Assembly (NCBI RefSeq): GCF_018350175.1
Contig: NC_058368.1
Location: forward strand, 56,918,001 to 56,982,000
From: Felis catus
Taxonomy: Eukaryota
Length of the DNA stretch: 64,000 nt
Reading direction: 5' to 3'
Positions 53,256-64,000 of the stretch are shown here, one piece after another. Position 1 is the stretch's first letter. Every line of letters begins with the position of its first letter. Both the position numbers and the translations under genes were made by a program. The notes beneath the pieces are model-generated. The model saw only the letters and a list, made by a program, of their open reading frames with translations. It had not been told where the DNA came from and made no database searches.

Positions 53256-53799
53256 CTATAATCTTATGCAATGGTAACTACATATAACACCAGGGATATT
53301 AGTTGCTTGAGGACTCACAAAACCAGCAAAATTTGAACATTAATAATTTACTGTAAGTAGATAAACCAAAGGCCACAATTTCACAAGTTAGACCTAGCAA
53401 AAGAATCTGAATAGAGTAGCCATTACTAATTAAGGTTATAAATGTTCACTTCAGTAATAAATTAGGTTGTGAGAACTTCAAGGTAAAAATTGGACTTTAA
53501 TCACTTTTGTAATCCTTTAAAATAAACCAGTATCCCTCCTACTTATTAGCTGCTAGTAACAAATGTCTCTTATTTTCAAATTCTCAACATCAATTTGGAT
53601 AAATGCCCATCTCTACACTGTGTGACTCTGGTAGACTGCCGATCACCAGACTCACAAGAGTCCACAAGTCTTAGAACAGTAACTGGCATAGCGAGAGTAC
53701 CATTTAAGTATTTGTTACACTAATAAAATTAAACCAAATAACTCTATGTGATATCATGCTTAATAAAATTGTGTTGAATTATATCAAATTTTATTTTTC

Positions 53800-54610
53800 T
53801 CTAAATTTTTATTTATTCAGGAAGCAAAATTAATATTCAAAATTTGAAATGTACAAAATGATAAAGCAAAATTCTTTTTCATATTCTTCTCCCTCAACCA
53901 CACAAATTAATGTAGGCCAAAAATATCATTAATGTTTTTTTCTTATGGAAAAGTTTTATACATATATAATAAAACATATATATATATATACATATATATA
54001 TATACAAACATATTTACAAATGTAGAAACTGCTATTTTCTTATTCTTAATATGATGATAATAAACCGTCCACATTATCCCAATCTTGCTTTTTTCTCTTA
54101 AATATGAATCTAGGAGAGCATTTTATATTCAATACATATGGAGTTTTCTTATGCCATTTTGAGGATTTACAGTGGCTCATTAAGCAAATCCTCTATTGAT
54201 AGGCATTAAAATAATTTCCAGTATTTTTCTGGAAACAAAAAATTTGCAAGTAACTCATTTTTATCTGTGCAGAAGAGCTGTAGAATAAATTCTTGGAAGT
54301 GGAATTTCTTGATCAAAGTGTTTGGCCTTTTTATTTTTTTTATTTATTTATTTATTTTTGGTGGCACAGATTGCCATAGATGATATCTATGGATTTGTGT
54401 TATAAACTTCCTCCAAGAATCCACGAGAATGCCTATTTCCCTATATGCTTGCCAACTAAGCATGCTATGATATATTAAGGTTTTTGCCAATCTGGAAAGT
54501 AAAAAAATGGGATGGAATGCAATTTTAGTTTGCATTTGTCCTACTGTGAATGAAATTGATCATATTATTTTATATAATTAAGAGATATTTCTACTTTCTC
54601 TTTGGATAAT
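53800..54610 (-). mobile_element. Very old L1 (L1ME-like) 3' region
   Basis: ttcttggaagtggaatttcttgatcaaag; ttttgccaatct ... ttagtttgcattt. Confidence 0.65.
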
Positions 54611-54687
54611 TATGCACCACTTTTGAACATATTACTGCTTTCCTTTCCTTTCATATTTCCTTTCATTTTTTTTTATCATTTGCCTTC

Positions 54688-54975
54688 TGTATTAGTTTTC
54701 TAGGGTTATTGTAACAGTACCATAAACTGGGAGTGATTCCAAACAACAGAAATTTACTAGTTCTGGAGGCTAGAAATTTAAAATCAAGGTGTATTGCAGG
54801 ATGGTGTTCCCTCTGAAACTGTAAGGGGATCTTTCCTTAACTCTTGCTAGCTTTTAGTAGTTTGCTGGAAATCTTTGGTCTTCTTTGGCTTCTAAATTCA
54901 TCAGCCCAATCCCCCATTTCCATATGTCCTTCTCCATGTATTACTTCATATTGTCTTCCCTTTGTGCATTCTTGC
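54688..54975 (-). mobile_element. MLT1 LTR fragment
   Basis: tgtattagttttctaggg ... ttctggaggctagaaatttaaaatcaaggtgt. Confidence 0.85.
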
Positions 54976-55260
54976 AAATACTCAAGAAAGAAATAATACC
55001 AGTTCTACCCACAACCTTCCCAAAAATTAAAGTGGAGGGAAAGCTGCCCAGCTCAATATTTTTAGGTCAGCATTCCTTGCTTTTCAAATCAAAGACTCTA
55101 TAAGATGTTAACTATAGCTTAATATAATTCAAGAACATAGATATAACACCTCCAATTAAATGTTAGCAAACAGCATCCAGCAATATTTGGAAAAAGTTTA
55201 ATATATCATGACTAATTGTGCTTTATTCAGGAAGCCAAAGTTCATTTAACACTCAGTTAA
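54976..55260 (+). mobile_element. Old L1 ORF2 fragment
   Basis: aaatactcaagaaagaaataataccagtt ... gttagcaaacagcatccagcaatat. Confidence 0.7.
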
Positions 55261-55687
55261 ATTGCCCTCACACCAATTTTTAATGCTTGAATAGTTGCTT
55301 GTTCTCACTTGTCCTGAAAATGGAGTTTTTGGTTTCATTTCATTACTTGATTTGGATAATTTTTTGGATAATTTCCCTAGGGCAACAGTGGAATTCTTAT
55401 AAGATGCCATCATGTTTAGTCTGCTTATGTTAAATTTTAGCAAATTAATTAAATTAATTTCAATTAGCTACATATTGTATATACTACAATTTATCTGATG
55501 GAGTTAATTGAACATCAGCATGATCAATATTACTATGCTAGTTTCTATTTTCCTTTCTTCATTTTTTTTAGGATTCTTTCAAAGCTATCATTGACTTATA
55601 GATTTTCCTTTAAAGACATCTTTATGGTTACAGTGTAATGAAGGTATATAACAAGATCAGGTAATTATATATAAAGATCACACCAAT

Positions 55688-56192
55688 TGTGATAGGCCAA
55701 AAAATAGGCCCCCTAAATATCTATATGCTAATTCCCATGTGTTATCTTACATAGTAAAAATGTGTTCAGTAAGTAAGACTGTGGTATCTTACTATTATAA
55801 TAAAAGGGACTTTTACAGATGAAATTAAGTAAACAATCTTGAGGTAGGACAGTTATCCTGGATTATCCAGGTGTGTTTGATATAATAAGAATGGCCTATA
55901 TAAGGGGCAAGAACAACAAAAGCAGAAGAAGGAATGGGACAATAGAAGCAGAGGCTGGAGTGATACACTTAGATGATAGAAGAAGGGTCATGAACCAAGA
56001 AATGCATTTAGAAGATATCTAAAAGCTGCAAAAGTGAAGGAAATAAATTCTTCCCCTGCAACCCCTGAAAGAAACATAACACAGCCCACATCTTTCTTAG
56101 ACTAAACACCTCCAGAACTATAAGAGAATGCATTTGTATTGTGTTAAGCCACTAAATTTGTTGTAACTACAGCAGTGATAGGAAACTAATAC
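55688..56192 (+). mobile_element. MLT1D-like solo LTR
   Basis: TG...CA ends; ttatcctggattatccaggtg; ggaaactaataca. Confidence 0.85.
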
Positions 56193-56948
56193 ATCACTTA
56201 AAATATGAAATATGAAATATAAATGCACCTAAAACAACAAGTGTTTCTAACTCCAATGTTATTCTTTTCTTTCCTCTTACTATTAAACCACTTTCCTGAT
56301 TTTGGGTTGTATTATTCCCATAAATTCTATGAATTTACCATATACATTCATGACTAAATGGTAGTTATTGCCTTCTTCCAGAGTAACAGAGTGGGGACTC
56401 TACATGTATTTGCTCAGTTAGACTGTATTTTCTTAGTTATTTGTCTCTGAAGTGTTGCTGCATGTCAATGAGTTCTCACAAATGCATATGTACATAACTA
56501 ATGCATTTCTGTGTCTGAACATTAAGACATTAGGCAGATGATTTTTCACATTCTACTTTCTCCTCTTGCAGCTAGAAGGTGTGATGGTGACCAAAATTTA
56601 CATGTGGAATTATTCTGAGGGTTCCATATATTCAGTGCAAAATAAATGCTCACCCTTCCCTGGTTTCCCAAGATAAGGAAGTATACTAGTGGGGAAGGAG
56701 TGGGATGATAAAGTATGGGATAGAGGCATCAGAGTAGATATGGATGAAACAAAGAAATTATAACCACAAATCTAACTCAAATTCTGTAACTATGGGAGGA
56801 AGTTCTTTCAAACTTATCTAAAGAAATTATTTTTGTCTACCTTAAATCTTTTAAGCATTATACTCAAGGCAGTGATGCTGATTCTCCTTAAGATACATCC
56901 TACCAGCACGTGTTTCATCTGTTTCCATGAATTAAGTTGGATACCCAA

Positions 56949-57287
56949 TGTTTTAGTCGATTTGGGCTGCTATAACAAAGCATCAAAGTCTATGTGGCTT
57001 ATAAACAACAGAAATGTATTTCTCAGAGTTCTGGAGACTGGAAGTTTGAGATTACGGTACCAGCATGGTCAGATTCTGCTGAAGGAACCCCTTCTCCTTT
57101 TTTTCTCGTTGGATGCTCACATGGTAGAAAGTGCAAGAGGTCTCTTTTATAATGGCACTAATCTCATTCATGATGATTCTGCCCTGTGACCTAATTATCT
57201 CCCAAAGGTCTATTTCCGAATACTACCACATTTTGTTTAGGATTTCAACATATGAATGGGAGGGGCACAGACATTCAGTCTATGGCA
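56949..57287 (-). mobile_element. MLT1A-like solo LTR
   Basis: tgttttagtcgatttgggctgctataacaaa ... acattcagtctatggca. Confidence 0.88.
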
Positions 57288-57412
57288 TTCAACATAGTTC
57301 ACATGGGAATTACAAGGAACGCTCATGGAGGTAAAAACTACACACTGAAAGAGTAGAAAGTTCTAACCGGACAATGTCAGTAGAGAGTACACATAAGATT
57401 ATATGCTAAATT

Positions 57413-57641
57413 GGAGCGCCTGGGTGGCGCAGTCGGTTAAGCGTCCGACTTCAGCCAGGTCACGATCTCGTAGTCCGTGAGTTCGAGCCCCGCGTCAGGC
57501 TCTGGGCTAATGGCTCGGAGCCTGGAGCCTGTTTCCGATTCTGTGTCTCCCTCTCTCTCTGCCCCTCCCCCGTTCATGCTCTGTCTCTCTCTCTCCCAAA
57601 AATAAATAAATAAAAAAAAACAAAAAAAAAAACGTTGAAAA
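57413..57641 (+). mobile_element. Very young felid Can-SINE
   Basis: gtggcgcagtcgg, ttcagccagg, cccaaaaataaa ... acgttgaaaa diagnostics; 16-bp TSD aagattatatgctaaa. Confidence 0.97.
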
Positions 57642-58574
57642 AAGATTATATGCTAAAGATGTTATATCAAGGATGAAAAATCAAGGTTCAGTAGGATTAT
57701 TGTATTAATATGGAAGTGGTTACAAGGGATTAGAATTTCAATATCTTGGTTGAAGGCCAAATAGTTTTAATAATCTGCTAAAGATAAAGTGAACTTGGAC
57801 TCAGTGATGGCATATAGTTAATGAGCTTGAAATGTCAGCTTCTCCCTGGCATAAAATAGATGATGTCCCAGAGAGATGAGAGTGTTGGAATGGAAATATT
57901 ATATAGAACTCTCTTAGCCATCTAAAAATATTCCTAAATGAAGTTCTCACCAGCTTTTAAACTAATGATTTTGTAAGGAGAATGCAACATTCTTATAGTG
58001 CTCATGCTCTGTATCTCAGAGATGATGATAGGGATGCTGAAATGGAAATAGTTTCTTTGAAATCAATAGAAATGTCAGGGTCACAAAAGAAGGAGAGGCC
58101 AAGTTGTAATGGAATATCAGGGGGTTATATTCTATGTTATATTGCAAGTGATATAATATTCGTAGATGGGATGACAGCATGAATATTTAATCCCCTGGCC
58201 AACCCATAAAATATTAATGAATAAAACAAAAAAATTTATCTGAAATACAAATAAAACAGGTAAAGTGGAATATGAAATATAATTGATCTAATAAGCAAAC
58301 AAGACAGAATGAGAAAATGGAACCAAAAATAAAAAACAAACAGAGGGTTGGATTGAATAATCTTAAGAATATTGATTATGTTAAAGTTAAATAAAGTACA
58401 TATTCAATTAAAATAACAGACAGGATGCTACACTTATACCTCCCATCCTATAGGAGGAGACACAGAATTTATGGGTGTCCTTTGGTTTCAGTGACATTTC
58501 CTGTATATGGGCATCCTCTCATGATCCCTTTACTGGATTACTTAAGGACTGTGTACTCTTCAGCGTGACCTGAA

Positions 58575-58619
<45 letters not shown>

Positions 58620-58664
58620 TTTCTGCAGAAAATCTTAGTTGTGATGAAAGATATCCCACCATGT

Positions 58665-58881
58665 TCTTTTTTTTTTTTAATGTTTGTATTTGTTTTTGAG
58701 AGACAGAGAGAGACAGAGCACAAGTGGGGAAGGGACGCAGAGAGGGAGACAGAATCCGAAGCAGGAGCCAGGCTCCGAGCTGTCAGCACAGAGCCTAATG
58801 CGGAGCTCAAACTCACTAATGGTGAGATCATGACCTGAGCTGAAGTTGGAAGCTTAACTGACTGAGCCACCCAGGCGCCCC
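58665..58881 (-). mobile_element. Can-SINE
   Basis: Complete reverse SINE. Confidence 0.95.
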
Positions 58882-59248
58882 TGCCATCTGATTTTTACCA
58901 AACAGTAGCACATACTCCACGGGATAGGAGTATCTTTGGTGCAAAAAAAAAAAAAAAAAAGTTTGTATGGAAACTGGCAGGCCTCCTCCCCACCACCTAC
59001 CCCCCTGTCAAACCCACCCTTGGAATAATTACAGTGAATATCTGGGTTTCAGGGTAGGGTCAGAACCTCTTCTACTGATAATATCCTTCTAAAAGTAGGT
59101 TCTAGAACGTTTTTCTTCCAGCCAGAACATAGTAACTTGTACTTGACTTGCCCTGTTGCTATAAACATTTGTCCATGAAACTGGACAAAATACATGGTTT
59201 AATTGTTTTCTAGCAATCATATAAAGAGAAGTAAAAGTCTTTGGTCCT

Positions 59249-59446
59249 GGAGTGCCTGAGTCGCTCAGTCTGGTAAGCGTCCAACTCTTCATTTTGGCTC
59301 AGGGCATGATCTCACAGTTCACAAGTTTGAGCCCTGCATCGGGCTCTGTGTTGGCAGTGTGGACCCTTCTTGGGATTCTCCCTCTCTCTCTCTGTGTCTC
59401 TCTGTCTCTCAAAATAAATAAATAAACTTTAAAAAACTCTATAAAC
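59249..59446 (+). mobile_element. Can-SINE (first of tandem pair)
   Basis: TSD aaaagtctttgg. Confidence 0.92.
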
Positions 59447-59456
59447 AAAAGTCTTT

Positions 59457-59566
59457 GGAGTGCCTATGTAACTCAGTTGGTTAGTGTCTGACTCTTGGTT
59501 TTGGCTCAGATCATGTGTGGGGTCCAGCCCTGTATCTGGCTCTGTCCCTCTCTCTCTACTCCTCTC

Positions 59567-59600
<34 letters not shown>

Positions 59601-59620
59601 AAATAAACTTAAAAAAAATT
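59457..59620 (+). mobile_element. Can-SINE (second of tandem pair)
   Basis: Starts inside the right TSD copy of the previous SINE. Confidence 0.88.
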
Positions 59621-59879
59621 CTTTTTAAGATTTTGGCCTTAAGAAAAGGAAAACAAATAATGCAAACCACCCTGACATCCCAACCTTTTGCTTGAGGAAG
59701 GTGACATGTAAACTGAAGAGGTTGGAGATGTGGGCTGCTTAAGTAGCTGAAATTTATTGCTCAGGTGGAAAAGAAGTTGAAGCAGTGCAGGTGGAAAGGA
59801 AAGAGTAGACATAGTCTCAATGGGGATATACCTAATTTTATGATCAATGGTTAAAATGTCTTTGGCCAAAGGTTGGGAT

Positions 59880-60810
59880 AGAAAAATAGAAACAAATCTA
59901 AATAGAATGATAAATATATTTAAATAATTCAAAGGAAATAATTGTAAGGAAAAAATGGATTTAAAAAGAAATAGAACAACAAAAAACAATTATATTGTGG
60001 TTACATAAGTGTAAATGTATTAAATACTCCAAGAAAGAAAAAAAAGACAAAGGTTGTCAGGCTGAATAAAAGAGCAAACCTAATTTTATTATGTCTCAAA
60101 ACAAAAATGCTAAAAGTATGGGGAAAACATATCATGCGAAGAGAAAGCAGAAGAAAGCTGGTGTGGCTGTAAAGAGTATTATCAGAGACAAAGAAGGTCG
60201 TTTCATAATGGCAAAGATTTGATTCACCAGAAAAATATAATAGTCTTAAATACATTTGTACATAATATCAGACCTTTAAAAATAGACAAAATTTGATTAA
60301 ATGGAGAAATAGACTAATTTATAGTCACAGCTGGAGACTTTAATATCACTCTCTCAGTAATTTCTGAAACTACTAGGCCAAGAATAAATAAATGCGGCTG
60401 GGCCCAGCCCTAAGCCTATAGACTAATGATATGTAGCTGCATGAGTGAACCCAGAGGACAAAAGCTTACTTCCACCTCCTTATTCTCTTTCATTTGTAGG
60501 TAAACTGAGTTATTTGAAACCTATAAATTAAAATGTTCTTAATAAACTGCAAAACATTGTATTGATTTCATATTCTAAAATATGAACATAATAATGTGCA
60601 TTAAAGTATTTGAATGCCAAATAAATAAACAAACAAGGACATAGATTTGAAGACTATTGACCAAATTGACCTAAATCATTTTTATAATACAATATTCACA
60701 ACCACTACAAAACATACATTATTTTAAAGTGTACATAGATGATTAACCAAGAAAGACTGTTTAATGGATCAGATAATGAATCTTGAAAAATTTCATGAAC
60801 TTTGCAATGA
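59880..60810 (+). mobile_element. Old L1 ORF2 endonuclease-region fragments
   Basis: aagaaagctggtgtggct; gctggagactttaatatcactctctcagtaa (GDFN motif). Confidence 0.75.
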
Positions 60811-60814
60811 GTAA

Positions 60815-60995
60815 TTTTTCTTTTCTTTTTTTAATATTTATTTATTTATTTTGAGAGAGAGAGTATGAACAGGCTAGGGAGAGAGAGTGTGGGAGAGAGA
60901 GAATCCCAAGCAGATTCTGTGCTTTCAGTGCAGAACCCAATGCAGCACTTGATCTCACAAACTGAGAGATTAGGACCTGAGCTGATATCAAGAGT
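60815..60995 (-). mobile_element. Can-SINE lacking its 5' ~35 nt
   Basis: Tail and body present; stops at caagagt. Confidence 0.88.
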
Positions 60996-61382
60996 ATTTT
61001 TTCTGATCACAATCATATAAGTTTATATCCTTCAGGAGTAGGCTCAACACAGTGACTAAAACAAATAAATGTATCTAGATAGTTTGCTAGATGGTAAGCT
61101 GAGCACAAATTAGATTTTAAAAGAAACCAACGATAATTAAACACTTAAGCTTCATTACTATTTGCAGAAGTCAAGTAGTAAGTATGTTGTGGTACTTTGT
61201 TGTGGTATTAATATGCATATTTCTTATTTCTAGTAAGGTTCAGCAACATTTTATGATTTTTTACTACTTCATTTCTTTCTCAAATTCATTATGAATTGCA
61301 TATTGTGGCTTTATTGTTCATTTTAATGTGTAGGGAAGTTTATATATTTTAGTTTCTTATCTTTACAAGTTTCCATATTTAA

Positions 61383-61591
61383 GGGCACCTGAGTGGGTCA
61401 GTTCATTAAGTGTCCAACTTTGGATTTAGGCTCAGGTCATGGTCTCATTTTTTGTGAGTTCGAGCCCAGCATCATGATCTGCAGAAGTCTGCTTGGGATT
61501 ATCTCTCTCCCTCTCTTTGTGCCTCTCTCCAGCCTGCTTGTTCTCTCCCTCCCTCTCTCTCTCTCTCTCAAAATAAATAAACATTAAAAAA
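61383..61591 (+). mobile_element. Can-SINE
   Basis: TSD core ttccatatt. Confidence 0.92.
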
Positions 61592-61637
61592 GGTTCCATA
61601 TTGAAAATATCTTCTATTTGCATTGTAGGATGACTTT

Positions 61638-61821
61638 CTTTTTGAGACAGGGAGTGTGAGCAGGAAGGGGCAGAGGGAGAGGGAGAGAGAGAGAGAATCT
61701 TAAGTAGGCTCTACGCCCAGCATGGAGCCTGATGTGGGACTTGATCTCACAACTGTGAAATCATGACCTGAGCCAAAATCAAGAGATGGACACTCAACTG
61801 ACTGAGCCACCCATGTGCCCC
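61638..61821 (-). mobile_element. Can-SINE
   Basis: TSD tgtaggatgacttt / tgcaggatgacttt. Confidence 0.92.
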
Positions 61822-61975
61822 TGCAGGATGACTTTTGATGTATAGAAGTATTCCATTTCAAATGTACTTGTATGTAAGATATTTTCCTTTATGTCGCACT
61901 ATCTTAAGAAATTCTAAGATACTTCAATATGATAAACATATTACTCTATATTGTGTGGTAGAAGTTTTAAAGTTT

Positions 61976-62080
61976 GGGGGTGCTTGTATGGCTGAGTTAG
62001 TTTAGTGTCTAACTCTTTATCTCAGCTCGGGTCTTGATCTCAGAGTAGTAGTTCAGTCCCCTTGTTGGACCCCACAAAAA
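61976..62080 (+). mobile_element. Short Can-SINE, tRNA-related head only
   Basis: 14-bp TSD aagttttaaagttt; no CT tract. Confidence 0.85.
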
Positions 62081-62132
62081 AAGTTTTAAAGTTTTGCTTT
62101 TTAAGCATAAACAATTGGTGTCATGCAGTCAT

Positions 62133-62134
<2 letters not shown>

Positions 62135-62168
<34 letters not shown>
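62135..62168. repeat. (GT)n microsatellite
   Basis: Direct reading. Confidence 0.97.
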
Positions 62169-62170
<2 letters not shown>

Positions 62171-63541
62171 TATGTGTGCACATATGTGTGTATTTGTATA
62201 TGATGTAAGTAAGGTAGCCATCCTTTCCTCCACCAAACTGCAATGTCAGTGCAATATAAAGCATCTGTACGTGTTTGCCACAGTACTATTTTTGAAAAAT
62301 TATTGGGATTGTTATCTTAAATATTATTTTTATAGATACCTAATAATGAATAATTGCCTAAATTAAGGCTTTTATGTTTTTTCTAATGACTCATGTTCAC
62401 ATTCTGAGTAGTCCCCTTGACTTGCTTTTGAATTGCATTTGAATTTGGATAGTTCTTGCATGTTTCAACTGTTCCTCGCAGATGTGTTGGCAGCAGAAAA
62501 TTCTCTGATTATAGGTTTAAATATATGAGATGTTGACCAAAAGAATGGGAAAAGGGAAAATGGAGAGAAAAGAGGTATTTCCCTCTACACAGAAAGATGT
62601 GCGGCTTACACAATCCTACGTATATGTGTAGCATTCACAAGACCATTTGGAAGTATATTTAGAGTAGAATGTCTATACGTAGGTGAATATTACAGTAATT
62701 TCTACATAAGATCAAAATTTATAGATATCACCTTTTTAAAACTAAGAACATGACAAAACTAGGTCATCTCAGGTAGATTTCAGTTAGTAACTTGGAACAG
62801 TGTGTATTTATATCACTTTTTGGAGACTTTATATAACAGATTTTAAAATGTAAAGACTTTTCTAAGAATACTGTATTGTAATAGTGGTTATAACCAGATA
62901 ATGGAGAAGGAATACTAAATTCTATTATTCATGAAAATTTGCTGCAAGAGGAAATTTAGAAATAACACATTTCAACCCTTCAGTACAGTCCTAAAATTAG
63001 CCCACTACATTTTAGAGGTAGAGCAAAATCCAAGATAAATACAATGTTGGGATCAAATGAAATTGTTAACAATGCCTATAATGAAAGACAAAATTACACT
63101 TTGGTTGTGGGGGCTGAGAAGAGACAGATTGGACCAAAAACGTTAAATTTAGATGAAGAAGAAATAGCTCCATCTTTGACCCAGAAGAACTGCACACTAA
63201 ATATATTCTTTCATTCACAATAGAGAAACATGTGTTTAAAAGAATTGCAGTTCAATTGTCCTCTTCCATAAAAAAACCATTTCCAAAAGTAGAAAATGAA
63301 ACTGCTTGATTATTTATAATAAAAGATGTGAAGACAAAGAGATTAGCAAATAAAGGGGATTAGCTTTTTGATGAAAGTGGATGATGTCAATGGAATGCAT
63401 ACATGAAGGGGGGATCTTTTAACTAAGATTCAGTGTCGATATCACATTTTCATATTATTGTTAATGACCATTACTATTACTGCTGGCATATATTGAGTCT
63501 TTATTCTGTGTCACATAGTATGTTAACTGTACAGATCATTT

Positions 63542-63559
63542 TTTAAGTTTACTTATTTT

Positions 63560-63607
<48 letters not shown>

Positions 63608-63793
63608 AAGCCTGAGCACATGCATGCATGAGCGGAGGAGGGGCATTGAGAGAGGGAGAAAGAGAGAATCCCTAGCCGGCTCCATGCTATCAGCACAGAG
63701 CACAAAGCAAGGTTCCATCTCACAAACCATGAGATCATAACCTGAGCCAAAGCTGACTCAGCTGCTTAACCAACTGAGTCACCCTGGTGCCCC
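63542..63793 (-). mobile_element. Can-SINE with long (GA)n
   Basis: TSD tacagatcattt / tatagatcattt. Confidence 0.94.
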
Positions 63794-63829
63794 TATAGAT
63801 CATTTCAATTAATTGAAAAAATCTGTTGG

Positions 63830-63980
63830 TCAGGTGATATTGACATATTCACTATATTGACAAGGTAACTCAAACTGAAAGAGGTTAGTTTACTTAGACA
63901 AGGTCATATTATATTATTAGAAGATGATGAAATTTGAATTCATATCCAGGCAGAATGATTCAAAGGACTGACTTTTCATC
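63830..63980 (-). mobile_element. MIR fragment
   Basis: gaggttagtttacttagacaaggtcatat ... atttgaattcatatccaggcag. Confidence 0.65.
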
Positions 63981-64000
63981 ACGATGTGTTTTGGAACCTT

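Larger units (their letters stand above)
57300..59230 (+). mobile_element. Decayed ERVL internal fragments (gag-like ~57660-58170; pol-like ~58420-59230)
   Basis: gaacttggactcagtgatggc ... gagtgttggaatgg (gag-like); tggcaggcctcc ... tcttctactgataat (pol/RNase H-like); no intact ORF. Confidence 0.5.

Noticed and set aside
1..64000. CRISPR array, operon, CpG-island promoter or intact provirus
   Set aside because: Mammalian repeat-rich DNA; no regularly spaced repeats; CpG clusters only in young SINEs; ERV pieces are decayed.

Overview
AT-rich, CpG-poor mammalian genomic DNA, almost certainly from a felid: 33 carnivore tRNA-derived Can-SINEs, several with cat-type SINEC_Fc diagnostic sequence. 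Roughly half of the window is recognisable repeat: Can-SINEs (many with clean target-site duplications, TSDs), young and old LINE-1 fragments, L2, MIR, MaLR/ERVL LTRs and internal segments, a Tigger2-like piece and microsatellites. Almost all ORFs in the supplied track are repeat-derived or chance. Best-supported notable features: (1) a full-length U6 snRNA copy fused to a 5'-truncated L1 inside one TSD (U6/L1 chimera, 44099-46443); (2) an L1 with a twin-priming 5' inversion and a 17-bp TSD (34939-36102). More speculative: (3) a chain of very short, phase-compatible + strand exons (9, 27, 44 nt, then a terminal exon with stop and AATAAA) across 9-32 kb that may be the 3' end of an unrecognised gene. 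I found no evidence of a new multi-gene system. Repeat family names are from memory of consensus sequences, not a database search, and boundaries of old elements are approximate.
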